64,000 nucleotides of DNA from Felis catus (GCF_018350175.1 NC_058368.1:171804001-171868000), one strand, 5' to 3'. Shown: positions 49,394-59,904, counted from the stretch's first letter. Notes: generated from the letters alone by a model not told the origin. Numbers and translations are program-made.

Positions 49394-50096
49394 GAAAGTG
49401 TATATTATCATGAGATATAGTGTATTCCTGCCCTCATATAAAGACTGAATGGCCCCAGATATAAGATAGTAGCTACTATCTTATAGTAGCTACTATAAGA
49501 TAAGTTTCTCATAGTTCTCCCTATGAGAAAGTTCATCCTTTCTCATAGTTCTCCCTAACTATTCTGAGGCAGCTCTCCTGTTTAGAGGGAAATGATGGTG
49601 TGTAATTCTGATGAGGAAATGGGATAAGTGACTGTTATGGTAAGCCTGTCACTCTTTGCCAGAGAACTGTCTTTGATGTATAAAGCATTATTTGGGATCT
49701 AGATGAGAGAGCTAGCTGTACAGGAACAAGCCTAACCAAGGGGTGCAGCTAGCATTTAAGATACACACCCATTTTTCCGCCATCTCTTCTTTTCCTTTGA
49801 TGAAACATATAGAACCTATTAATAAAAAGAAATACAAATTTTTAAAAAACATGAAAAGGAAATGGTAAAATGAGCTCTGCTTCAATCCAAAAGAAAAGAA
49901 TGACAGCAATTTCCAATCAGGCCCTTTGTTGAAAGCCTATACAAGAATAGCAATATGACTGGGATTTGTAAATGACTGTAGCTGAAGTCTCCAACAAAAG
50001 CATGCTAATGATACAGAGTCAAATCACCAAATAGGCCCACCTCCAAATCCAGTTTCTCTAGATGGGAAGAGCATGGTCTTTAGGGGCAGCACTATC

Positions 50097-50172
50097 TTTT
50101 TTTTTTTTTTTTTTAGAGAGAGAGAGAGAGAGAGAATATATGGAGGGGGAGGTAGTGGGAGGGAGAGGGAGG

Positions 50173-50220
<48 letters not shown>

Positions 50221-50343
50221 CTTAAGCAGGATCCATGCCTAGGGTGGAGCCTGACACAGGGCTCAATCTCATGACCCTGATATCATGACCTGAGCCAAAA
50301 TCAAGAGTTGGATGCTTAACTGACTGAGCCACCCAGGTGCCCC
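50097..50343 (-). mobile_element. Can-SINE with expanded (GA)n
   Basis: TSD CAGCACTATCT; sits within a MIR. Confidence 0.94.
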
Positions 50344-50344
50344 A

Positions 50345-50500
50345 GGTCAGCACTATCTCTTCATATGTGACCTTGGGCAAATGACTTAATCCTTCTGAAT
50401 TTTTCTATGTGTAAAAATGAGGACAACTACCTAGCAGGGTTATGGTAAGGATTAAGTACTTAGCATAGTGCACAGCACATATAATAGGTGCTCCATTAAA
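50345..50500 (+). mobile_element. MIR (3' part)
   Basis: tgtgaccttgggcaaatgacttaatccttctga...gtaaaaatgagga...agggttatggtaaggattaa. Confidence 0.8.
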
Positions 50501-50734
50501 TTGAAGCTTTCTCCCAGCCCTGCAAACATATGCAATATAATCTGCCCACTGCCCCACCATTACCTACTCTTCTCTATCTTATTCTTTCTCCCCCTCTCTC
50601 TTTCTAAAGTTCCTATTTGTAACCTAGTTGAGGAGACATATAAATAGGAAATGACTTGCATTTAATTTTAAAAACTAACAAATGAAAAACAATGGTGTAT
50701 GTCACTGATTACTTTAGGTGCTGACACACTTCCA

Positions 50735-50880
50735 CATTCATTAATTCAACAAATATTAAGTAACCACCCATGCCAGGCATGGTACTAGGCACAGGGTGTT
50801 CATTGATAAACAGAACATCTTCACTCCTTGTGGAGTTCACAATTTATGGGACAGAAAAGAAACGATAAATATATAATTTA
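50735..50880 (-). mobile_element. L2 3' end, split by the L1 insertion (continues at ~53780-54010)
   Basis: cattcattaattcaacaaatatt...atgccaggcatggtactaggcac. Confidence 0.75.
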
Positions 50881-50885
50881 AAAAT

Positions 50886-51308
50886 ATGTCAAATAGAAGT
50901 GGTGAAAATGGATATCATTTTCTTGTTCTGATCTTAGAGGAAAAGCTCTCTACTTTTCACCATTGAGAAGAGGTTAGCTATGGGTTTTTCATATATGGCC
51001 TTTTTTATGTTGAGGTATGTTCCCTCTAGACCTACTTTGTTGAGGGTTTTCATCATGAATGAATATTGTATTCTGTCAGATGCTTTTTCTGCACCTATTG
51101 AGATGATCACATGGCTTTTATTCTCTCTCTTGTTAATGTGATGTATTATATTGATTGATTTGTGAATATTGAACCACCTTTACATCCGTAGACTAAATCC
51201 CACTTGATCGTAATGAATGATTTTTTTAATGTACTGTTGGATTTGGTTTGCTAATATTTTGTTGAGGACTTCTGGATCTATGTTCATCAGAGATATTGGC
51301 CTGTTAGC

Positions 51309-51340
<32 letters not shown>

Positions 51341-51621
51341 TTGTTGTTTTTCAGAGTCTTTATCTGATTTTGATATCAGGGTAATGCTAGCCTTGTAGAA
51401 TGAATTTGGAAGTTTTCCTTCCTCTTATATTTTTTGGAATAGTTTGACAAGAATAGCTATTAATTCTTCTTTTATGTCTGGTAGAATTTACCTGTGAAGC
51501 CATCTGGTCCTGTTTGTTGGGAGATTTTTGATTATTGATTCAATTTCATTGCTGGTAGTTCATCTGTTCAAATTTTTCATTTCTTCCTGATTCAGTTTTA
51601 GAAGGTTATATGTTTCAAGAA
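50886..51621 (-). mobile_element. Inverted 5' segment of a carnivore L1 (ORF2)
   Basis: Antisense L1 ORF2 (gatcttagaggaaaagct...ttttcaccattgag; atgttcatcagagatattggcc); contains (GTT)n at 51308-51347. Confidence 0.92.
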
Positions 51622-53769
51622 GTCTACTTTCACCACTTCTATTCAACCTAGTACAGGAAGTCCTAGCCACAGCAATCAGACAGCAACAACAAAAAATAAA
51701 AGGTATCCACATTGGTAAACAAGAAGTAAACTTTCACTATTGCAGATGACATGATAGTATATACAGAAAACTCTGAAGACTCCACCAAAAAAGTACTTAA
51801 ATTGATAAACGAATTCAGTAAAGTCACGGGTTGCAAAATTAATATACAGAAATCTGTTGCACTTCTATACACTAATAATGAAGTAGCAAAAGAAAAATTA
51901 AGAAAACAATCCCTTTACAATTGCACCAGAAATAATAAAATACCTAAGAATAAACTTAACCAAGGAGGTGAAAGATCTGTACCCCCAAAACCATAAGACA
52001 CTGATAAAAGAAACTGAAAATGACAGAAACATATGGAAAGATATTCCATGCTCATTGATTGGAAAAACCAGTATTGTTAAAATGTCCATACTAGGGGCGC
52101 CTGGGTGGCGCAGTCGGTTAAACGTCCGACTTCAGCCAGGTCACGATCTCGCGGTCCGTGAGTTCGAGCCCCGCGTCAGGCTCTGGGCTGATGGCTCAGA
52201 GCCTGGAGCCTGTTTCCGATTCTGTGTCTCCCTCTCTCTCTGCCCCTCCCCCGTTCATGCTCTGTCTCTCTCTGCCCCAAAAATAAATAAACGTTGAAAA
52301 AAAAAATGTCCATACTATCCAAAGCAATCTACAGATTTCATGCAATCTTTATCAAAATACCAACAACATTTTTCACAAAAGTGGAACAAGGAATCCTAAG
52401 ACCACAAAAGACCCTGCCTGAATAGCCAAAACAATGCTGGGAAAGAACAACAAACTGGAGGTATCACAATTCCAAATTTCAAGATGTACTACAAAGCTGC
52501 AATAATCAAAACAGTATGGTACTAGCACAAAAACAGACACATGGATCAATGGAACAAAAGCGAGAGCCCAGAAATAAATCCATATATGGTCAATTAATAT
52601 ACAACAAAGGAGGCAAGAATATATAATGCAGAAAGAGTCTCTTCAATGAATGGTGTTGGGAAAACTGGACAGCTACATGCACAAGAATGAAATTAGACCA
52701 CTTTCTTATACCATACACACAAATAAACTCAACATGTATTAAAGACCTGAATGTGAGACCTAAAACCATAAAAATCCTAGAAGGAAACATAGGCAGTGCT
52801 TTCTTTGACACGGGTTATAAAAACATTTTTCTAGATGCGTCTCCTCAGGCAAGGGAAACAAAAACAAAATTAAACTATCGGGACTACTGCTTTTCACAGT
52901 GAAGGAAACCATCAACAAAATGACAAAGCAACCTACTGAGTGAGAAAAAATGTTTGCAAATGATATATCCAATAAGGAGCTAATATCCAAAATATATAAA
53001 GAATTTCTACACTTCACAATATCAAAAAACCCCAAATAATCTAATTAAAAATGGGCAGAGGACTTGAATAGACATTTTTCCATAGTAGCCCTACAGATGC
53101 CCAAAAGACACATGAAAAGATGCTCAACATCACTAATCATCAGGGAAATATAAATCAAAACTACAACGAGATAGCACTTCACACTGTCAGAATGGCTAAA
53201 ATAAAAAGGACAAGAGATAATCGTGTTGGTAAGGATGTGGAGAAATAGGAACCCTCCTGCACTGTTGGTGGGAATGCAAACTGGTGCAGCCACTCTGGAA
53301 AACAGTATGGAGGTTCCTCGCAAAATTAAAAATAGAACTATCACGTGACCCGGTAATTCCACTACTGGTTACTTACCTCAAGAAAGCAAAACACTATTTT
53401 GAAAAGATATATGCACCCCTATGTATATGGCAGTATTATTTACAATAGCCAAGACATGCAAGCAGCCCAAATGTCCATCCATAGATGAATGGATAAAGAT
53501 GTGATAGATAGATAGATATAGATACAGATAATGGAATATTACTTGGCCATAAAAAAGAATGAGACCTTGCCATTGGCAACAACACGGATGGACCTAGAAG
53601 GTATAATGCTAAATGACAAAGTCAGAGACAAATACTATATGATTTCACTCTTATGGAATTAAGAAAAAAATGAACAAAAAAAAGAAAAAAAGATACAAAC
53701 AGATTCTTAAATACAGAGAACAAACTAGGGTGACATAGGAGAGGTGGGTGGGGAGATAGGTGAAATAGA
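51622..53769 (+). mobile_element. Sense 3' segment of a carnivore L1 (decayed ORF2 RT/C-terminal region and partial 3' UTR)
   Basis: Peptides (A)[37 protein letters not shown] and MKLDHFLIPYTQINS; frameshifts and stops present. Confidence 0.95.
52094..52302 (+). mobile_element. Young feline Can-SINE (SINEC_Fc-type) in L1
   Basis: Perfect TSD AAAATGTCCATACTA (52079-52093 / 52303-52317). Confidence 0.97.
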
Positions 53770-54034
53770 AAAACAAAAATGTTGAGTGCCATGGAAAAAA
53801 TGATAGGTGCAACACTGAAAACTAATTAGAGAGCAGAAGGGAGACATAGCTGAGGAAGGATGGCCTTTCTGAAGTGACACTTCAACTGAAACCTGGAAGA
53901 TGACAAGCTACACACATAAAAAACAATAGTAAGTTCTTCAAAACAGTGGGATCAGCATGTGCAAAGCAATGAGGCTGTCAGGAAATATTAGTATTTGAAA
54001 ACCAGTTGGGGCAGTGTCAACAAGCTAGACAGGA

Positions 54035-54292
54035 CCCTTGTAGTAAAATCCAACTCTTACCATGCCCTCAATGCCCTTGCTAACTTGACCCCTGCCTCTC
54101 CCTGACCTCATCTCCTCCCACTGTCCATGCCACTTATTCTCTTTGTCCCTCTCACCTGCAGGTCTCATTCCCACCTCAGGCCTCTGCTTTAGCTGTTTCC
54201 TCTGCCTGGAAGGCTCTGCCCCAGATCTTCTCTTGGCTCCTGGCCCCTGTGGTCATTCAGGCCTCAGATCAAATGTCATCTCTGGAGAGAGA
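54035..54292 (+). mobile_element. L2 fragment, split by the LTR (continues at ~55060-55240)
   Basis: cccacctcaggcctctgc...gctgtttcctctgcctggaaggctct...tcaaatgtcatc. Confidence 0.78.
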
Positions 54293-54293
54293 T

Positions 54294-55058
54294 TGCTAAT
54301 TATGGTCCTTCACGCCATCATCTTTTGGTGGTTTGCTCTCCGCCTGATGAGGGAATGTTGGGCAAGGTGAGAGCAAAGTACAGGCTAACAGGCCCCCCCC
54401 CCCCCCGCCAGGTGGGATATGTGTTACATTCTTTGGACACCCCTGGCTACCCAAGAGCAAAGGAAAGGGGTTTAAGTGCTTGCCGTGGTGATGTGGGAAA
54501 CAAAGGCAAACGAAAAATTAAATTCCCTTATTGCCTACTGCCCATTGACAAGTCCTTGAAACCGGCAGAGTGACGTCCTTCTAGGACCTCAGCTGCCTCA
54601 ATGATGACACTTTGCTAGGGGCAAAAGGGAACCTTGGCTTAATGTTATCCTGACCCCTCAGGATCCTCTAAGTCTACTTTAACATATAAAAATTGCTTTG
54701 GAAACTTCCTGTATCTCAACTCCCCCAAGGTATATCCTGGCAATCATACCCCAAGCTTATGGCCCCCTGATCTACATGTGAAGGGTCTCATGACTGAGGT
54801 TTTTTTCCTAACAGCAGCTGGCCCTCAAAGTCCTGGAAACCTTGCTTCCAAATACCTTAGAGACTTACTCTATCCCCAACCCCCCTCCAACCTGAAGGTA
54901 TTTAATCAGTTACCTGTCACCACCCCAGTGTGGCTCTTTCTGCCCTAGGGTCCTGTCCCCATGCTTAAGTAAATTCACCTTTTTGCGCCAAAGATGTCAT
55001 CAAGAATTCTTTCTTGACCTTCAGCTCCAAACCCCATCATCACCCCAAAATCCCATCA
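54294..55058 (+). mobile_element. ERV1-type solo LTR, probably carnivore-specific (CarLTR/MER34-like); 5' boundary uncertain (54294 or 54345)
   Basis: Insert interrupting an L2; TGATG (54345)...CATCA (55058) inverted ends; TATA-like TATTTAA near 54899; poly(A)-signal variant AGTAAA near 54968. No clean TSD. Confidence 0.72.
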
Positions 55059-55399
55059 TTCCCATCCCTTATCACTATCAAACATTAATTCTGTGATTTG
55101 TCTTTTTTGCCCATTCTTTCCCACCAGAATGTAAATTCCATGAATGTATTTCTTACTGCTATAAATCTGGAGCCTAGGACAATATTAAGTATATAATAGA
55201 AACTCAAATATTATTTGTTGAATCAATGTTGAATGAAATTAAGCTAGAGAGGTAATGAAAGATAAAGTTTGTCTAAGACAAACTAGGAGGACTTCCTAGG
55301 AAGTATGCTTTGAATTAAAATAGTGGGAGCAAGGGAGAGGAGGTGGTGCGCAGCTACAAAACAAGAATTTGGGGAATTACTCGTTCATCGGTCTTTTTC

Positions 55400-55510
55400 A
55401 CTAGATTATGAGCTCCTTTTGGGCTACAGATAGGTTTTATTAATCTACCCTCAGCACCTGGCCTAGAACCTATCACATTGTAGGCACTACCCAGGTGTTT
55501 GCAGAATAAC
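55400..55510 (+). mobile_element. L2 3' end fragment
   Basis: ctagattatgagctcc...cctcagcacctggc...taggcact...tgtttgcagaat. Confidence 0.55.
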
Positions 55511-55739
55511 TTGACTATGGGTGTGCAGACGGGTTCTACTAAATCGGCTGCAGCACAGCTCAGGAAAAGGCAAGTAAGTCCGGTGAACTGAGATTCGGCC
55601 TCCCAAGTAGCAAACGCACATCGTACCGGACCGTGAAGAAGCGAGGGTCTGAGCGCCGCAACAACGCGACTGCGCATTTCGGCCCCTCCTTGCGGGGTAG
55701 AAGAGCGCCGGCAATCTCGGCGCACGCAAGCGCGCTACA

Positions 55740-55948
55740 TTCTTCCCGCCTCCAACAAGATGGCGGAGGCCAAGTAGCGAGGGGGCGGAGTGTGGCCGCC
55801 GGAAACCCGGCCGCTGCTGGGGGGAGCTGCGGGAGAAGGCCGGGGAGCAGCGGGCCGAGGCTGGCACGATGCTGTACCCGGGAAGTGTTGTTGGTTACTG
55901 GTGAGGAAGGTGAAGCACAGTTGCCTTCCCGGCCCCCCGGCGCCCCCT
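55740..55948 (+). other. APC: APC exon 1B 5' leader (TSS approximate), containing two short uORFs
   Basis: Lies between the promoter core and the ATG at 55949; uATGs at 55760 and 55869. TSS position is inferred, not seen. Confidence 0.65.
55756..55766 (+). promoter_or_regulatory. YY1 binding motif of APC promoter 1B
   Basis: Exact CAAGATGGCGG consensus. Its A/T lie 189/188 nt upstream of the exon-1B ATG, close to the human c.-192/-191 positions. Confidence 0.88.
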
Positions 55949-56116
55949 ATGTACGCCTGTCTGGGCTCGGGTCCGGTCGCCGTTTTGCCTGCTTCTGCAC
56001 CACCCTCTACTCTCGGGTCCTGGAGCTCCGGCGGCGGCGGCGGCTGCCGTGTCCCGCAGGAGAGGAAGCGCCCAGGCGGCGTCCGTACTTCTGGCCGCGG
56101 GGCGAACGTCTGGCAG
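55949..56116 (+). CDS. APC: APC alternative first coding exon (exon 1B / 'BS' N-terminus), 56 codons, 3'-partial; remaining exons lie outside the window
   Basis: ATG at 55949 reads MYACLGSGPVAVLPASAPPSTLGSWSSGGGGGCRVPQERKRPGGVRTSGRGANVWQ and ends at a consensus phase-0 donor CAG|GTGAGT (56116/56117). It closely matches my recollection of the human promoter-1B isoform N-terminus (MYASLGSGPVAPLPASVPPSVLGSWSTGG...GHWASVWQ). Confidence 0.9.
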
Positions 56117-57626
56117 GTGAGTGAAGCGTGAGCATTGGCGTCTTTGCCCCACCGTTGCTCCAGACCCTAGCGGTGCTCGGCCCGAGTCTGCCGTTCTCTT
56201 GTCTCCACGTCCCACCCTCTCCCCGCCCCGCGCCCTCTTTCAGGCCTCCAGTTGGCCCCTGGCTTTGCAAGCCCTCCATTCTCACACAGTGGGTGGGGGT
56301 CGCGACGCCTGCCGCCCTCCGCATCTTTCCCGACTCCTGGTGAAGCTTCTCGCGTCCAAGCGGTCTCTCTTTCGCGTTAGGTGGGTGGGTCGTCGCCCCT
56401 CCTATTTTAGTCGCCTCCCCATCTTCCTGGTTTCGACCCTCTTGGCTTCCTTTAAAAGTTTAACTGTCTGGGAAGATTACCCGGTAGCCTCTCATATAGA
56501 GAGAGTTACAAAGAAAAAGCTTCACCTTGATGAGGGAGTCCAGTCCCCAGGAGAGGTGGTTTGAAGAGTTGAATTCCTTGGCCCATTGAACTGCAAAGGA
56601 GAGACTGGTGCCTGTGATGCAAATGATTGTTCATGGAAATTAATCTCTAAATCTTTGGTCTCCTAACTTTTGAGGCAGAGGCTTAAGTTTTCTAGGTCTA
56701 GTGAAAGAATTGGGAAGTGTTCGTTTTTAAAAGGAAGGCTTTGTGAATGTAAGATATGTAATGGCACAAGAAAGGTTAAGTGATTTATTCTTTTATCCAG
56801 TGTTCGCTTAAATTGCCCAGTGAAGCTTTAGAATACCGTATTGTACAAGCCCTTTGTTTTATTTAGAAAGGGCTAAAATGGAGAAAAGCTTTTTAAACTA
56901 AAAACTTCTCAAATTTCTTGGATTCTCAATTGTTGTTACTACTTAACAGTCCCTGTAAGACCTGATTATTTTTTGCAAAATTCAGGCTGTGCCATTCTCA
57001 GTTCTTTCTTTATTACTGGGGCAAGGGTACTCAGAATTAATGGTGTAAGAAACTGTCCTGAATAACCTGGTACCTTGCCAGAGTTTATAAGTGCAAACCA
57101 CAGGATTGAAGTAGTAGTGGAGGAAGTTGCCATGGCTGTTTCTCCCATATTTTCCATCTTTTTGCTGTTATCTCAGCTCTGTCCTCCTGTTTGGGCTTCC
57201 TGCTCAAAGTGGCTTCCCTCCTAGCAAAACAAGATGGCTATCAGCAGTATTCATGTGATAGCCTTCTTAATTTACTTCCATACGGAGAACTAATTGGATA
57301 ATTTCTCAAGAGCCCCCAAATTGTAAAACTGAGATTATAGATGTGAATGATAGCTTCTCCTTTGAGATTACGAATAGGTGGACCTTTTTTATTAACATTA
57401 AATTGCATAATATCATTTGTTGAAACTATGCTAGGTGCTCTCCCAGGTTATGAAAGCACAAACTATCCTTGCCCTATTGGAATTCTATACTAACAGTCTT
57501 TAATATGTGGGTTATATAATTGGCCTGACAGATTTGTTTACTTTTCATTCTGCCTCATGACACATAATCTGTTTTTCCCTTTGCTGTAGACTCTGACCTT
57601 AATGAATTTCCTTTTAAATTAATTTA

Positions 57627-57681
57627 TTTTTATTTTTATTTTTATTTTTATTTTTATTTTTATTTTTATTTTTATTTTTTT
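57627..57681. repeat. (TTTTTA)9 microsatellite
   Basis: Tandem hexamer run. Confidence 0.95.
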
Positions 57682-58679
57682 AATTTCCTAAATTTGGAGA
57701 TAGAATTGTTTAGTTCAAAAAAAGAGGAGATATTTTTATGTTTGATTCCTGTATGGGCTAGTTCATTCATTTGTTTGTGTTAGGCCTTCATTTTTCTACA
57801 ACTAAGGACTGCATGTTTTTAAAGGGGGTTATGTCTCAATTCTGTGCTTCTGGCTGAAGAGATAGTAGGACTAACTCCAGTCAGTGCCTCTCTGCCTCTG
57901 GCAAAATAATTCGAAGGGTTGTGTCAAAACACATCTCTGATCACAAACTGTCATTAAAATCTCTCACTCTTCCACTCTTATGGTACCTGTTTTCTGTCTC
58001 TCACACTGTCTTTATGAACCCCTCTTTGTCTCTCTATTCATCCAACCCATTAGCTTACTGCTGATTTCATTTGCCTCCCTACATAACCAGGATCTCACTG
58101 TCATCAGTTTTTACTAAGCTCTCACTGATGCCCTAGAATGCCTTATTTTCTGTAGGTTTACCTTTCTAGTGCCCAGTCCAGAGTAAGCATTATCACTAGC
58201 TCTTTCGGTTTGATTCCTGACATCCTAAAGGATGCAAGAGACCGTTGTATGAGGATATAGGTTCATTTCCATACAAGTTGGTGCCCTGTTCTCTCCTGGG
58301 TTTTAAGTGCTGGTCGTGTACCTTTCTGTCTCATTTCCGGAAGGTTTTTATAGCAAATAACTTGATACCTTCCTTTCTTGAGAAAAATCTCAACTGTCTG
58401 GGGTATATTCTTTTCTATCCTCTGTATTATTTCCTTATTTACTCCTATCTCACAAAAGGAAATATTCTCCCCTCCTGATGTGTCCACAGTCATCCCCCCC
58501 ATCCTTCTTTCTGTAGAACTGTCCATTATCATTTCGTCTTCAGTCTCTCCCTCTCTAGCCTATGTACATACTTATATCTTTCTCAAGGCTGCCAAATACA
58601 GTGCTGTGTAACTCAGTAAAGCCAGTCTGAATTTTGAGCCTGCTGTGCCACTGTATTTTTATTCTTTAGTCCCAGGAGC

Positions 58680-58900
58680 CTAGTGTAGTAGCAAGAATAT
58701 TTGACTTTTGACCGAGGTGAATCTGGGTTTGAAGTCTCTTAAAAACACTTAGTGGCTATGTGGCTGTGGGCAAGTTACTACTCAGACTCTATTCTTTATC
58801 TATAAAATAGAGTGTTAAACTTAGAGTCATAATTGAAGGAGTTTAGCACATGTTAGATATCCATCCAAGTGTTTGGTACATTATGGAGTTCCTAATAAAT
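58680..58900 (+). mobile_element. MIR
   Basis: atctgggtttgaagtc...gctatgtggctgtgggcaagttact...atctataaaatag. Confidence 0.72.
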
Positions 58901-59159
58901 ATAAAATATTCTCCTTTGCACTCTCACTTCCTTTACCATTTCAGCACTGAAATTGCTATTTTAAAAGTCCCCTATGACCTCCTAATCACCGCATCTATTG
59001 GCTTTCCTTCAGTCATCCTTGGTTTCCTAAAACCGTATACACCATAGGAATAAGATTATCTGATTTCTTGGTTCTTCTGCATTGTATGTCCTGATTCTTT
59101 TAGATATCTGAAAGTTTTTTTTCACATTCCTGCATTGTTCTTCCCCCAAAACATAGTGA

Positions 59160-59625
59160 TTCATATATTAGGATGCAAACTGGATTTAAAAGCAAAAAAG
59201 AGTGTATTGGCTCATGTGATTGGCAAGTGCATAGATAGAATTGGCTTCAAGAGTAGTTTGTTCATGGGCTTATGTCATTGGGGCTGAAACTCCATTTTTC
59301 TGCTATTATCTCAATTTTGTCCTACTGTTTGGGCTTTATGCTCAGACTGGCTTCCCTCCTAAAAAATAAATAAATGGCTATCAGCAATGTTCATGTGATA
59401 GCCTTCTTTATTTATTTCCAAAGGTAAAGAGAAGGATTCTCTTTTCGACTAGCCTTTTCCCAAAAGTCCTAAGCTCTGTTCTGATTGAACAAATTAGAAG
59501 GATCATGCTGCCAAATCTGTCACAATGTCTTTGTCAAGAGGGGTGGAATTATTCTAATTGGCCTAACTCATGGATGAAACTTATCTAAAATGAGGGAGAG
59601 ATAACCAGTGTACTCAGGGGTCTTT
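59160..59625 (-). mobile_element. Old MaLR LTR (MLT1J/K-like)
   Basis: aaactggatttaaaagcaaaaaagagtgtattggctcatgtgattggcaagt...tctgattg. Confidence 0.6.
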
Positions 59626-59667
59626 GTGCTTTTCACTGTGTTTTCTTGGTGGTTATATCCTGTTTTT

Positions 59668-59705
59668 GAAACCTTTTTTTTTTTTTTTAATGTTTATTTA
59701 TTTTT

Positions 59706-59736
<31 letters not shown>

Positions 59737-59904
59737 CGTAAGCAGGAGAGGGGCAGAGAAAGAGAGAGACGGCAGAATCCGAAGCCGGCTCCAGTCTCTG
59801 AGCTGTTAGCACAGAGCCCAATGCTGGGCTCGAACTCTCGAGCAGTGAGATCATGACCTGAGCTGAAGTCGGATGCTCGACCAACTGAGCCACCCAGGTG
59901 CCCC
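59668..59904 (-). mobile_element. Can-SINE, antisense in APC intron
   Basis: TSD ATCCT(G/A)TTTTT. Confidence 0.95.

Larger units (their letters stand above)
55580..56440 (+). promoter_or_regulatory. APC: CpG island / APC promoter 1B (TATA-less)
   Basis: Only CpG-dense, GC-rich non-repeat stretch in the window. Contains GC box GGGGGCGGAG (55781-55790), ETS-like CCGGAA (55799-55804), NRF1-like GCGCACGC (55720-55727), the YY1 motif and the first exon. Confidence 0.92.

Noticed and set aside
51663..53362. RT-like peptides as an active or domesticated gene
   Set aside because: Fragmented L1 ORF2 with a frameshift next to the FADD motif, stop codons and a SINE insertion.
55354..56564. Long overlapping ORFs on both strands (e.g. 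55633-56124, 56121-56564, 55487-55867)
   Set aside because: Expected from stop-codon depletion in a CpG island; only 55949-56116 matches a known protein and ends at a donor.
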